A stretch of 64,000 bases of DNA from Polyangiaceae bacterium (GCA_044222475.1 JBGANF010000001.1:128001-192000), one strand, 5' to 3'; shown: positions 21,128 through 31,431, counted from the stretch's first letter. The notes: generated by a model not told the origin, from the sequence alone. A program made the numbers and translations.

Positions 21128-22657
21128 ATGCGAACCACTGGCCTACCAGCCCTTTTCACCCTCCTCTCGATCCCTGCAGTTCTTCTCGCGAGCGCGCCGG
21201 CCCTGGCCGCCGATGCCCCGCCCGCAGCGAATCCCCCGCCTGCTCCTGCAGCCGGTGCGGCCTCGGACGACGCCGCCCGCGAAGCGGCGCTCTCGGCTCA
21301 GATCATGGCGCCGAAGGCAGGCGGGCTCACGGCCGACGCCGTCGGGAAGCGCGCGGCCCAGACGAGCTTCCAGGCCCAAGCGCAGGAGCAGGTGCTCCGC
21401 GGCGCGGCGGCGCGCGTCGACGCGGCGTGGGCTTCGTTCCTCCCCCGCCTGTCTGGCACGTTCCGCTACACGCGGCTGTCCGACCTCACGCCCCCGTCGC
21501 TCTTCAGCGGGACGGGAAACCTGGTCGGGACGACGGCGCCCGCAGGCACGCTGAACCCCTCGCCCACCGTCGCGATCTCGCTGAGCGGCGCGAGCTTCCC
21601 TGTGTTCCTCGACAACTGGCTCATCCAAGGCACGCTCGTCGTCCCGCTGAGCGACTACGTGTTCCGCCTCACGCAGAACTACGCCGCCGCCAACAAGTCG
21701 CAGCAGGCCGCCAAGTACGACCTCGCGGTCGCGCGGGCGAAGTCGGCGTCCGACGGAAAGATTGCATACTACAACTGGCTGCGCGCTCGCGGATCGGTGG
21801 TCGTCGCCAAGCTCGCTCTCGACGATCAGAAGACGCACCTGAACGACACGAAGAACCTCCTCGATGCCGGAAAGGCCTCGAAGGTCGACGTGCTCCGCGG
21901 CGAGACCGGCGTCGCCGCCGCCGAGCTCGCGGTCGAGCAGACGACCCACTTCGCCCAGCTCGGCGAGGCTCAGGTGCGCATCGCGATCCACGCACGAGAC
22001 GACGAACCCCTCGAGGTCGGCGAGACCATCGACGGAGACGTCGTGGCGTACGGCGGCATGCTCCCGCAGCTCGTCGCCGAAGCGCAGAGCTCTCGGCTCG
22101 AGATCAAGAGCCTCGACGCCACGGCGGACGCGCTGCATGGCCAGGCCACCGTCGTCCGCGCCGGGCAGTTTCCCTCGCTCAGCGCGGTGGGCAACGTGAC
22201 GGTCGCGAACCCGAACCAACGGCTCATCCCCCAGCAGGACAAGTTCTTCCCGACTTGGGACGTGAGCCTGCAGCTCACCTGGTCCCCGAACGACGTCGCG
22301 AGCTCGCGCGCGAACGGTGCCGACGTGGAGAGCAAGGCCGTGCAGATCGAGGCCCAGAAGCAGGCCGTCAGGGACGGCATCGCGCTCGAGGTGACCCAGG
22401 CGTTCCAAGCCGTGCAAGAGGCCGACTTCTCGCTGCGCTCGACCGACAAGCAGCTCGTGACCGCCCGCGAAGCCGTGCGCGTCGCGCGCGAGCTCTTCAA
22501 GGCCGGCCTCGTCACCTCGACGACCCTGACCGACGCCGAGACCGAGCTCACCCGAGCGCGGCTGGCCTCGCTCAACGCCCACGTCGACGCCCGGGTCGCC
22601 CGGGTTCGGCTCGATCACGCCCTCGGGCGCGACACGAAGGACGCGAAGGTCGACTGA
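21128..22657 (+). CDS. TolC family outer membrane efflux protein
   Basis: Signal peptide; two OEP repeats (FLPRLS..., [16 protein letters not shown]..., [12 protein letters not shown]). Confidence 0.88.
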   Translation: MRTTGLPALFTLLSIPAVLLASAPALAADAPPAANPPPAPAAGAASDDAAREAALSAQIMAPKAGGLTADAVGKRAAQTSFQAQAQEQVLRGAAARVDAAWASFLPRLSGTFRYTRLSDLTPPSLFSGTGNLVGTTAPAGTLNPSPTVAISLSGASFPVFLDNWLIQGTLVVPLSDYVFRLTQNYAAANKSQQAAKYDLAVARAKSASDGKIAYYNWLRARGSVVVAKLALDDQKTHLNDTKNLLDAGKASKVDVLRGETGVAAAELAVEQTTHFAQLGEAQVRIAIHARDDEPLEVGETIDGDVVAYGGMLPQLVAEAQSSRLEIKSLDATADALHGQATVVRAGQFPSLSAVGNVTVANPNQRLIPQQDKFFPTWDVSLQLTWSPNDVASSRANGADVESKAVQIEAQKQAVRDGIALEVTQAFQAVQEADFSLRSTDKQLVTAREAVRVARELFKAGLVTSTTLTDAETELTRARLASLNAHVDARVARVRLDHALGRDTKDAKVD

Positions 22658-22677
22658 GGCGTGATATTCCAAGGCGG

Positions 22678-23610
22678 ATGAAGACGAAGGTCGCAGTCGT
22701 CGGCGCCGGCACCTGGGGACTCTCGCTCGCGGCGGCGGCCGCTCGCGCCGGGAGCGACGTGTCGATCGTCTCGCGCCGCGCCGAGGGCTCCGCTCCGGAG
22801 GGCGTGCGACGCACGACCGATCTGAAGACCATCCGCGACGCGCGGCTCGTGATCGTGGCGGTGCCTTCGCACGTCGCGCGCGAGGTCGGGCAGGAGATCG
22901 GTGACCACCTCGACGGGCGTCACCTCGTCGTCCACGGCGTGCGCGGTCTCGTCGGCGAAAAGCTCGAGACGGTGTGCGACGTGCTCCGCCACGAGACGCC
23001 GGTGCGCCGGCTCGGCGCGCTGGGCGGTCCTGCGCTGGCCGACGATCTCTTGGCGGGGCGCCCGTCCGTGTTGATCTGCGGCTCGGCCTACCCCGAGGTG
23101 ACGGATGCCGTCGACCAAGCGCTCGGCTGCCGTTCGTGCCGCTTGTACACGACGCCGGATCTTCGCGGGCTCGAGTGGGGCAGCGCGCTCGTCGGCTGCC
23201 TCGCGATCGGGATCGGTTACGCGCAGACGCTGGGGCTGAGCCCCGGGCTCGTCGCGGCGGTCATCACCCGAGCGATCACCGAGGGCTCGCGCATCGCGGC
23301 CGCCGCCGGGGGCGACGAACGTACCCTTTTGGGACTGGCGGGCTACGGCGATCTCCTCGCGTGCATCGCGCAGAAGGAACGCCCCGAGGTGCGGCTCGGC
23401 GCGGCGTTGGCCCAGGGCCGGCCGGTGGCCGAGGCGATCAAGGGAGTCGAGCTGCGCGTCGAAGCGGTGGAGCTCATCCCGCGCATCGCGAAGTGGGCGG
23501 AGGGACAGGGGGTGAAGACCCCGATCTTCAACGCCCTGGCCGACGCCATCTTCGGTCGACGAAGCCCGAGCGAGCTGGTCGAGATCCTGATGACGCGCCC
23601 GAAGGATTGA
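22678..23610 (+). CDS. NAD(P)-dependent glycerol-3-phosphate dehydrogenase-like protein (degenerate active site)
   Basis: VGAGTWG Rossmann motif, AVPS, LGGP, GLAGYGDL; canonical KN and SRN motifs replaced. Confidence 0.8.
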   Translation: MKTKVAVVGAGTWGLSLAAAAARAGSDVSIVSRRAEGSAPEGVRRTTDLKTIRDARLVIVAVPSHVAREVGQEIGDHLDGRHLVVHGVRGLVGEKLETVCDVLRHETPVRRLGALGGPALADDLLAGRPSVLICGSAYPEVTDAVDQALGCRSCRLYTTPDLRGLEWGSALVGCLAIGIGYAQTLGLSPGLVAAVITRAITEGSRIAAAAGGDERTLLGLAGYGDLLACIAQKERPEVRLGAALAQGRPVAEAIKGVELRVEAVELIPRIAKWAEGQGVKTPIFNALADAIFGRRSPSELVEILMTRPKD

Positions 23611-23656
23611 TGAGCGGGCCGGACCAGAGTCCGTGCATTGGTCGCATCTCGGTCAA

Positions 23657-23734
23657 GCGCCCCGGACTGAAGTCCGGGGCAGCAACGGGCCCAATTCAGT
23701 ACCCGCCCAAAGTCCGCCCAGGAGGGCGGACTCC
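23657..23734 (+). repeat. REP-like double-hairpin element, left copy
   Basis: GCCCCGGACT-GA-AGTCCGGGGC and AGTCCGCCC-AGGA-GGGCGGACT; inverted copy at 24257-24334. Confidence 0.9.
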
Positions 23735-23776
23735 CCCTGGCGATGCCAAACCTTCCGTGCGCGGTATGCTCGTACG

Positions 23777-24154
23777 ATGCTCTGTTGAAGCTGCCCCGCA
23801 CGCGCAGTGGTCACGGTCGCTTCGGGGGTCACTCTTTGCGACGCGTGCATCGCAGTCTTGGCGCGAGTCGCGTTGCGCGGACCCAGCTCGGCTGGCTCTC
23901 CCGACGTCGTGGACTTCACCGACGCCGCGGCGACGTTCTTCGATGCAGCCCGCTCCTTGGGCGATCTCGCGCGGGCCTATGAAGACATGGGGCTCGAGGA
24001 AGACGCTGCGCGATCCGCGGCCCAAGCGATGAAGTTGGGCGCCGGACCGAGTACGGCACGGCTCGGCGCGGTGGTGTTCCGGTGGCTCGCGCCCAGCGAA
24101 GGTCGCCGTGCACAGCTCAGGCGAATGATCCAAGCAGAGCGCGCGCTGAGCTGA
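23777..24154 (+). pseudogene. Small CxxC...CxxC zinc-finger/TPR-like protein with in-frame TGA (or short CDS from GTG 23807)
   Basis: MLC*SCPARAVVTVASGVTLCDACI...LGDLARAYEDMGLEEDA; lies between the inverted repeats. Confidence 0.45.
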
Positions 24155-24256
24155 GAACCACTCGGGTCCGAGAGCTTCAGAGCCCGCGCTCCGCGCGGAC
24201 TCCCTATTCGTCCCATATTGGTACACCAAGGATGAACGTCGGAGCTCCATGCAATC

Positions 24257-24334
24257 GGAGCCCGCCCTCCTGGGCGGGCTTTGGTCGAGTATCGCAGCGG
24301 GCCCGTTGCTGCCCCGGACTTCAGTCCGGGGCGC
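24257..24334 (-). repeat. REP-like double-hairpin element, right (inverted) copy
   Basis: Reverse complement GCGCCCCGGACTGAAGTCCGGGGCAGCAACGGGCCC...CCAAAGCCCGCCCAGGAGGGCGGGCTCC. Confidence 0.9.
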
Positions 24335-24384
24335 CATGCTGATGACTTCAGTAGAAGAAGGATGTGGTGACGACGGCGAACGCA

Positions 24385-26388
24385 TCACATCGGCGGCGGG
24401 CGCACCGAGCCTCGGGTCGTCGTCTTCAAGCGCTCGCGTACGTCGGCCAGGGCCTCTTGCGCGAGGTAGCCGAGCAGATCCTGTCGCCGATCTTCGAGCG
24501 TCACGTCGGCGATGGTGCGCTTCTCCGACCGGATGAGCTTCATCACGACGTGGAAATCGCCGGACAGCACGAACCCCGCCCGCTGCGCCGTCAGCTCGAC
24601 GCCGCGAATCCACGCCGCGAGATCGACGCGCCCGCCGCCCTTCTCCCACTCGGCCGCCGCCGCCCGCAGCTCCTTCTTCTCGTCCTCGTCCACGTGACGC
24701 GCGAGCTCCTTGCGGAGCTTGGTCACGGCTTCGTTGCTGGCGATCGGAACCTCGGGCAGGGCGAGCTTCACCGTCGCGAGTACCAGATTGGTCAGCTCGG
24801 GTAGCGTCGGATAGAACACGAGCACGTAGTGCTCGGGCCGGTAGTACGTGAGGTGCCGCGCGACGAGGAACGCGAGCTCCGGGACGCTCAGCCCCTTGAG
24901 CACGCTCGGCCCGACCGCGGTCGACGGCTCGTCGACTTGAGCCGCCGCGATCCCGCCGGGCACGTTGTCGAGCACGTAGAGCGCCGGAACCTCGATGCCG
25001 AGGATCTTCGCCGCCCACGCGAACGTGCGCACGATCGTCGCGGTGCTGTTGGGGTCCTGCCTCTTCAGCGCGTCGAGCACGACGAGCCGCTTCTGGTCCT
25101 GCAGCTCCGACACTTTGGCCTTCACCGCCGCCGGTCCGATCGCGCGCAGCATGCGCGCGACGGTGTGGTCGTAACCCGGAGCGCGGAGATCGCGATCCCA
25201 GATCGCGTCGTCGAAGACGGCGCCGGGCCGCATCGATCCGTCGATCTTGAACTGGTCGATGACGAGCTGATGGTCGATCTCGGCCGCGCCGAGCTCTTCG
25301 AGCGCGAGCGCAGTGAGGAAGATGCGATCGCGATCGCCGCGCTTCGAGTGCATCTCGAACAGACGGCGGAACGTCTGCGCGCGCAGGGGCGCGACCTGAG
25401 CCGCGGCGGCGAGCTCGCGCACCGCGTCGTCCACGGTGCCGCGCGCGACGTAGAGCTCGGCGAGGGCGGCGCGGGTGTCGGCGTCTTTGGGGCGGAGCTT
25501 CACCGCGCCTTCCATCGCTTCGACCGCGCCCGGACCGTCACCGAGCTTGTCGCGACGGAGCGTTCCGAGCCGCTTGCAGAGATCGTACGCGCGCTCGACG
25601 TCGCCGCGCTCGGCGTGACGATCGATGAGGCGCGCGTAGACGCGCTCGAGATCGACGAACGCGCCGCTCTTCGTCCGCATCGCGACGAGCGCCGAGAGCG
25701 CCTTCTCGTGGGTCGGATCCTCTTCGAGGGTCGCCTCGAGGAGCGGCACGCCGCGCTTCTCGTCGCGGAGGCGCCCCAAGAGCACGTCCGCCTGAGCGAA
25801 GCGGTGCTTCGCCCGCTCGACGGGATCGGTCTCTTCGGTGCAGAGCGCGCCGTGGAGCTCGGCGACCTTGGGCCACCGTTGGATCTTCTCGTAGAGGGCG
25901 AGCAGCTCGTTCAAGACCTCGACCGCGTCCGAGTGAATCGTCCTCGCGCGTTCGAGCGTCTCGATGGCGTCGCGCGGCTCGTCGAGCTTGTCGCGCTGAG
26001 TCGCTGCGATGCGGCGGAGCTCGATCACCTTCGCGTCGTCGCGATCGAGGTGGTCGACCATGCGCTTGCGCAGGGTGACGACCCGGCGGAAGTCCTTCTC
26101 GGCTTCCGCGAGCTCGACCATCGCGACGAGCGCGGGCTTGTAGCCCGGCATGAGCTTGAGCGCCTTCTCGAAGTTGAGCTCGGCCTCGCGACCTTTGCCC
26201 TGAGCGCGCTTCACCTCGCCGACGCTCGCGTAGATCGACGCCCGCTCGAGCTCCTCGTCGTCGGTGCAGAGCATCAGCGCGCGCTTGTATCCCTCGAGCG
26301 CGGCATCGAGCTCGCCCCGGTTCTTTGCGCCGTCGGCCTCGGTGATGAGGGTGTCGAGATCGAGCGCGTCGTCGTCGTCGTCGGTCAT
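24385..26388 (-). CDS. Tetratricopeptide repeat protein
   Basis: Multiple TPR-like helices (AELNFEKALKLMPGY, AMEGAVKLRPKD); myxobacterial-type C-terminal domain. Confidence 0.85.
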   Translation of the reverse strand: MTDDDDDALDLDTLITEADGAKNRGELDAALEGYKRALMLCTDDEELERASIYASVGEVKRAQGKGREAELNFEKALKLMPGYKPALVAMVELAEAEKDFRRVVTLRKRMVDHLDRDDAKVIELRRIAATQRDKLDEPRDAIETLERARTIHSDAVEVLNELLALYEKIQRWPKVAELHGALCTEETDPVERAKHRFAQADVLLGRLRDEKRGVPLLEATLEEDPTHEKALSALVAMRTKSGAFVDLERVYARLIDRHAERGDVERAYDLCKRLGTLRRDKLGDGPGAVEAMEGAVKLRPKDADTRAALAELYVARGTVDDAVRELAAAAQVAPLRAQTFRRLFEMHSKRGDRDRIFLTALALEELGAAEIDHQLVIDQFKIDGSMRPGAVFDDAIWDRDLRAPGYDHTVARMLRAIGPAAVKAKVSELQDQKRLVVLDALKRQDPNSTATIVRTFAWAAKILGIEVPALYVLDNVPGGIAAAQVDEPSTAVGPSVLKGLSVPELAFLVARHLTYYRPEHYVLVFYPTLPELTNLVLATVKLALPEVPIASNEAVTKLRKELARHVDEDEKKELRAAAAEWEKGGGRVDLAAWIRGVELTAQRAGFVLSGDFHVVMKLIRSEKRTIADVTLEDRRQDLLGYLAQEALADVRERLKTTTRGSVRPPPM

Positions 26389-26427
26389 CGCGGGAGGGGA
26401 CGAGCGAGCATAGGCGATTTTCGCGGT

Positions 26428-27306
26428 TCAGAGCAGAGTCACGACGAGGGGGGCGTGATCCGAGGGAAGCACCGGCGTCCCCTCGGGGAGCGCGTCCGGG
26501 TCGAGGAGCCCGTCGTTCAGAAAACGGGCGTTTTGTACCTGTTTCGCGATGCCGGGGGTCAGGAGCACGTGATCGATCGCCGCCGGCGCCCCTCCGTGAA
26601 GGACGCTCCAACGGTCGGCCACGGGCACCCGCAGACCCACGTCTTCGAGCATGCCCTCCCCTTCCCCGAGCACCACCTCGAGCGGGACCGAGCCGCTCAC
26701 GTCGTTGAAGTCGCCGCACACGCAGACGGCGTCCGTCGGCCGGGCGGCGAGGATCTCGTCGATGCCTTTGCGGAGAAAGAGCGCCTCGGCCGCGCGCTGG
26801 ACGAGCGAGCGCAGATCGCCGGCAGCGCGCTCCGCCACCGTCGTCGGCTCGTGGTCCGTGCCGTCGCGCAAGGTGAGCGGCGTCGCGCGGCGCGACTTCC
26901 AGTGGAGGGAGAGGAACGTGATCGGACCGAGGTGTCCGCCGTCGATGCGGACGACGGGGATCGAGCGGCGCAGGCGCAGGCGCGCCCCGAACGGCGCCGG
27001 GTCGTCTTCGTGGAACGCGGGAAACGGAAGCGTCGCCGCGTCGAGCACGGCGACGTCGAGGACCGCACGCTTGCTCGCGATCGCGCACGCGATGCCGCGC
27101 TTGTCGGCGCGACCGACCACCGGGTCCGAGAACCCGCCGCCACTCTTGGCGAGGATCGCGCGGAGCGCGTCGATCGAGCCGACCTCCTGGAACGCGATCA
27201 CGTCGGCGTCGAGGCGACGCACGACCTCGGCGAGAGCGTCGATCTTGCGCTCGTCCTTGGGGTCGAAGAGGTCGAGGAGGTTGTAGGTCGCGACCGTGAG
27301 CGTCAT
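26428..27306 (-). CDS. Endonuclease/exonuclease/phosphatase family protein
   Basis: ATYNL, AFQEV, HWKS, GDFND, IDHVL, SDHAP. Confidence 0.92.
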   Translation of the reverse strand: MTLTVATYNLLDLFDPKDERKIDALAEVVRRLDADVIAFQEVGSIDALRAILAKSGGGFSDPVVGRADKRGIACAIASKRAVLDVAVLDAATLPFPAFHEDDPAPFGARLRLRRSIPVVRIDGGHLGPITFLSLHWKSRRATPLTLRDGTDHEPTTVAERAAGDLRSLVQRAAEALFLRKGIDEILAARPTDAVCVCGDFNDVSGSVPLEVVLGEGEGMLEDVGLRVPVADRWSVLHGGAPAAIDHVLLTPGIAKQVQNARFLNDGLLDPDALPEGTPVLPSDHAPLVVTLL

Positions 27307-27335
27307 GGCTGGATCCGATGCTAGACTACCCATCG

Positions 27336-28268
27336 ATGGATCTCCCGCGCGACGAATCGCTGAAGTTCCTGGTGTCCCGCTACGCCGGTCTCCTCGCACG
27401 GCACGGCGAAGCGTTCGAGGGCGTCGAGCTCGTGACCCCGACGGCCGAGCACTTCCCCGACGAGTTCGAGCGCGACGCGGACAGCGTGCTCGTCCTCCTG
27501 CATCGGATGGCCAGCTACGCCCCCCTCGACGACGAGATGGACCTCGAGATCGGGTTCTTCGAGCCCGAGGACGTGGAAGGCGGCGGCAAGAGTTGCTCGT
27601 CGGGCGCGTGCGCGACGCCGTCGGCGAAGGTTCGGGTCGACGGAGTGGAGCCCACGAAGACGGGCTATCGCATCCCGATCAACGTCGCCGACACGGGCCA
27701 CCCGACCGCGCTGACGACCGCCCTCGCCCGCAGCGTCGGCGCGATGGTGCTGGCCGAAGCCGAGGAAGAGTTCCCCCGAGCCGACCTCGGCGCCATGAGC
27801 GAGATCGCGGCCGCCGCGTGCGGGCTCGGTCCGCTGCTCCTCGCCGGGTCGCACCTCTACCGAAAGGGTTGCTCGGGCGCGAACGTCCAGACGTACACCG
27901 CTCTCGACGTCGCCGAGACGGCGGTGCTCGTCGCGCTCGCGTGCGCCGTCAACGGCTGGAAGCCGAAGAAGGTCGCCGCCCACCTCGCGCCGACCCAAGC
28001 CGAGCTGTTCGACGAAGCGGTGGCCTGGGTCGAGTCGAACCAGCACCTCGTCGACGCGCTGAAGACCACCCCCGAGTCCCTCGAGGACGGCGTGATGGAG
28101 CTGCGCCCCACGCGGAGTTTCTTCGGGCGGCTCTTCGGCAAGAAGAAGAGCTCTGCCGCCGATCTCGCCGCCGCGCCTTCGTACAAGAAGCGCGAGCGGA
28201 CGCCGGAAGAAGAGCGGCGCCTGGCCGAGGCCAAGGCCCTCGTCGAAGAGGCGCTTTCGGAAGAGTGA
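27336..28268 (+). CDS. Hypothetical protein
   Basis: GC3-biased ORF with CSSGAC; TGcTAGACT -10 box 8 nt upstream of ATG 27336. Confidence 0.75.
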   Translation: MDLPRDESLKFLVSRYAGLLARHGEAFEGVELVTPTAEHFPDEFERDADSVLVLLHRMASYAPLDDEMDLEIGFFEPEDVEGGGKSCSSGACATPSAKVRVDGVEPTKTGYRIPINVADTGHPTALTTALARSVGAMVLAEAEEEFPRADLGAMSEIAAAACGLGPLLLAGSHLYRKGCSGANVQTYTALDVAETAVLVALACAVNGWKPKKVAAHLAPTQAELFDEAVAWVESNQHLVDALKTTPESLEDGVMELRPTRSFFGRLFGKKKSSAADLAAAPSYKKRERTPEEERRLAEAKALVEEALSEE

Positions 28269-28289
28269 CCGCGTGCTAGCGTCGAATTC

Positions 28290-29975
28290 GTGGAACGCCA
28301 GGCTCCGGTAGCTCCCTCCGACGAGATCGATCTCTACGTCCGAACCTACAACTCTCTGCTTCGTTCGAGCGGCCGGGTCCGCGTCCGCGCGTTCGAAGAG
28401 GCGCACGCGTACAGCGGCTCGTCGTTGCATCCGCGCGCGCTCTCCACCGAGGTCGATGCAGCGGCGTTCGCGTACGCGGCCGCGCGTCTCCCCGCCGAGA
28501 TGCCGGGCGTGTCGCTGCTCGTCCTCGGCCAATCGCACGAGCTGTTCGAGGCCGAGCACTACCCCGTCCGCACGTGGAAGACGACGCGAACGCGAGGTCG
28601 TCGGCGGCCGCTCCGTTGGGACGGCAAGGCCACGCTCGGGGTCTTCATCGCGAGCGTGAGCGACATCGACGATCTCGTGCCGATCGTGACGGCGTACCAG
28701 ATCGAGTGGAACAAGATGCACGCGCGGCTCCGCCACGTCGCCGGTCCCCTCGACGACGCAAAGCTCCGAGAGGCGCTCGCCCTCGACGAAGCCGGCATCG
28801 GCGCGCTCCACGGTGCCTTCGGGGCGCATTTCGCCGCCGGGGTCGAGGCGCTGCGCGCCCACGACTGCGACCTCACGGTGCAGATGCTGGCGTCGTCGTA
28901 CTCGCAGTTCCAGCGCGCGGCGCAGCGCTGGTGGAGCGGCGTCGAGCCGCTGTACCTCCGCGAAGGGACGGTCCGACGGAGGCCGGTCTATTTCGTCTCG
29001 TCGAACACTCACGCGATCGCGAACCTGGTGGGCGGTTACGCCTGGACCCACAAGGACGACATCATGAAGTTCGTCGAGGAGACGAACCCCGAAGGTTTGA
29101 AGGAGGAGCTCGATGCGGCGCTCGCCTCGAAGGACGAAGCCGCGCTCGCGAGCCTCATCCACTACCTGCTGCGCGCCTACATTCACGCCGACCCGACCGG
29201 CAAGCGGATGAGCGCCGTGCGCGAGTTCGAGGCCGAGTGCGGGCTCGTCCATGTGAGCGAGCCCGGCCACATCGACGTGGACGTCCAGATCATCGAGCTC
29301 GGCAAGATCGACACGACCCGCCTCGATCCGCGGCTGATCATGCCCGGCCTCGAGCGCATCACCCGGAGCGACGCGCTCGTCGTCAACATCGACTACCCGT
29401 TGGGGATGGCGGCGTACCACCTGCTCTCGCGCCTCGGTCAGGGCGTCGGCGAGATCCGCGGCGTCTACGTGATGGGCAAGGCGGCGACGCTCAACGGTCG
29501 CGTCGGAGACGTGATGCTGTCAGGGGCCGTCTACGACGAGCACACGCGCAACACGTTCCTGATCGACAACGGCTTCCGCGCGAAGGACGTGCAGCCGTAT
29601 CTGCGGCACGGCACCGTGTTCGACAACCAGTCGGCGCTGACGGTGCGGAGCGCGTTCCTCCAGAACAAGAACTACATGAACGCGTTCTACCGCGACGGGT
29701 ACACAGTGCTCGAGATGGAGGCGGGGCCGTTCCTGGCCGCGATCTACGAGCTCCTCAGCCCGACGCGCGTGCGGACGAACGAGATCGTGAACCTCGCCGG
29801 GAAGGCGCCGTTCGAGATCGGGCTCGTGCACTATGCATCGGATACGCCGTACTCGCGGCGGCAGGAGCTCCTCTCGAAGAGCCTGAGCTACTTCGGCGTG
29901 GACAGCACCTACTCCTGCGCGATCGCGATCGTGCGTCGGATCCTGGAACGAGAGCTGGCGCGTGTGATTCGGTAG
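28290..29975 (+). CDS. Conserved hypothetical protein (DUF6909-like; C-terminus resembles a nucleoside-phosphorylase fold)
   Basis: IDLYVRTYNSLLRSSG, SSNTH, NIDYPLG, MGKAATLNG, LEMEAGP, YASDTP. Family name recalled, not searched. Confidence 0.6.
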   Translation: MERQAPVAPSDEIDLYVRTYNSLLRSSGRVRVRAFEEAHAYSGSSLHPRALSTEVDAAAFAYAAARLPAEMPGVSLLVLGQSHELFEAEHYPVRTWKTTRTRGRRRPLRWDGKATLGVFIASVSDIDDLVPIVTAYQIEWNKMHARLRHVAGPLDDAKLREALALDEAGIGALHGAFGAHFAAGVEALRAHDCDLTVQMLASSYSQFQRAAQRWWSGVEPLYLREGTVRRRPVYFVSSNTHAIANLVGGYAWTHKDDIMKFVEETNPEGLKEELDAALASKDEAALASLIHYLLRAYIHADPTGKRMSAVREFEAECGLVHVSEPGHIDVDVQIIELGKIDTTRLDPRLIMPGLERITRSDALVVNIDYPLGMAAYHLLSRLGQGVGEIRGVYVMGKAATLNGRVGDVMLSGAVYDEHTRNTFLIDNGFRAKDVQPYLRHGTVFDNQSALTVRSAFLQNKNYMNAFYRDGYTVLEMEAGPFLAAIYELLSPTRVRTNEIVNLAGKAPFEIGLVHYASDTPYSRRQELLSKSLSYFGVDSTYSCAIAIVRRILERELARVIR

Positions 29976-29978
29976 GTG

Positions 29979-30004
29979 GCACCCCGGACTGAAGTCCCGG
30001 GTGC
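29979..30004. repeat. Single REP-like hairpin of the same family as 23659-23680
   Basis: GCACCCCGGACTGAAGTCCCGGGTGC between convergent genes; shares CCCCGGACTGAAGTCC. Confidence 0.8.
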
Positions 30005-30006
30005 TC

Positions 30007-30429
30007 TCACTTCGCGGTCGCCAGCATCAGCGACTTCCACTGCTCGATCGAGAGCTCGGGGTAGATGAAGTCCCCCTCGAAGTTCGTGTGGTGCAGCATC
30101 AGCCGCGCGGCCAGGAAGATCGAGCGCGCGATCGCCTCCGGCTGGGTCGCCGCTTCGAGGTTCCGCGCCTCGGCGCGAATGCCGTCGTGGTGCTTCTTCG
30201 CGACGTCCACTTCGGGCTCGAGCCCGTGGTCGATGAGCTTCGGAAACATCATCGTCTCCTCGTAGTTCATGTGGCGCTCCATCGGACCTCGAAGGAACGC
30301 GAGGAGGCTGTCCTTCTCTCGAACGGCCGCGGCCGGATCGCGCTGGGCGAGCTCCATGAGGTGCCGCGCCATCCCGCGCGCGCGATCCTCGTCGGCGAAG
30401 AGGTCCGCCATCATCTTGTCGAAATCCAT
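30007..30429 (-). CDS. Hemerythrin/HHE cation-binding domain protein
   Basis: HMNYEETMMFP...HHDGIR...HHTNFEGDFIYP. Confidence 0.85.
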   Translation of the reverse strand: MDFDKMMADLFADEDRARGMARHLMELAQRDPAAAVREKDSLLAFLRGPMERHMNYEETMMFPKLIDHGLEPEVDVAKKHHDGIRAEARNLEAATQPEAIARSIFLAARLMLHHTNFEGDFIYPELSIEQWKSLMLATAK

Positions 30430-30453
30430 GGCCGTGGCGTAGCACAGTCGCGG

Positions 30454-31431
30454 TCAGCCGGGGACGAGGACGATCTTGCCCACCGTCGCACGAGCCTCCA
30501 TCGCGCGGTGCGCCTCGACGACGTCGGCAAAGCGATAGGTCTTCGCTCTCACGACGCGGACGCTTCGCTCGACGACCCACCGCGCGAGCTCCGCGATCTG
30601 GGGCGCGCAGAGGTCGACCTGATCGATGAGGGGGGTGAGGTAGTAGCCGCTCACGGCGAGGTTCTTGGTCATCAGACCCACCGGCTCGACCGTGCCGCGG
30701 AGCTGCCCGCTGGCCGCGCCGTAGACGATCATGCGTCCGAACGGCGCGAGGCACGCGAGGTTGCGTTTGTACTGCTCCGCGCCGCCGACCATCTCGAGCA
30801 CGAGATCCACGCCGCGCTTGCTCGCGCCCTTCACCGACTGAACGAAATCGTCCTTCGTGGCGTCCACGACGAGGTCGGCGCCGAGCTCGCGCACGAGGCC
30901 CATCTTCTCGGCCGAGCCGACGGTGCCGACGACGAATGACGCGCCCATCTGCTTGGCGAGCTGCACCGCGAACGTCCCGACGCCGCCGGCCGCGGCGTGG
31001 ACCAGCACCTTCTCGCCCTTCGCCATGCGCCCGAGCAGCCGGAGCACGTGCATCGCGGTCAGCCCCTGAACCGGGAGCGACGCCGCGTCCTCGAACGAGA
31101 GCCCGTTCGGCATCGGGTACACGTGCTCGGCACGCGCGACCATGACCTCGGCGTAGGCGTTCCCGCCGAGCGCCATCACCGGGTCGCCCACCGCGATCCC
31201 GGTGACGCCTTCGCCGAGCGCGATCACCTCGCCCGATGCCTCCATCCCGGCGATCTGCGGGAAATTCGGCTTGATGAAGTACTCGCCCTTTCGAAAATGA
31301 CCGTCGGCCCAGTTCACGCCGACGGCGCGGACTCGAAGGGCGACCTGACCGGGTTTGGGGGCGGGCTCCGGGACTTCGTCGACGACCATCACCTCGGGGC
31401 CGCCGAGCGAGTGAAAGCGAACGGCTCGCAT
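30454..31431 (-). CDS. NADPH:quinone oxidoreductase (MDR superfamily)
   Basis: GGPEVM, GVNWAD, GMEASG, HAAAGGVG, GKIVL. Confidence 0.92.
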   Translation of the reverse strand: MRAVRFHSLGGPEVMVVDEVPEPAPKPGQVALRVRAVGVNWADGHFRKGEYFIKPNFPQIAGMEASGEVIALGEGVTGIAVGDPVMALGGNAYAEVMVARAEHVYPMPNGLSFEDAASLPVQGLTAMHVLRLLGRMAKGEKVLVHAAAGGVGTFAVQLAKQMGASFVVGTVGSAEKMGLVRELGADLVVDATKDDFVQSVKGASKRGVDLVLEMVGGAEQYKRNLACLAPFGRMIVYGAASGQLRGTVEPVGLMTKNLAVSGYYLTPLIDQVDLCAPQIAELARWVVERSVRVVRAKTYRFADVVEAHRAMEARATVGKIVLVPG

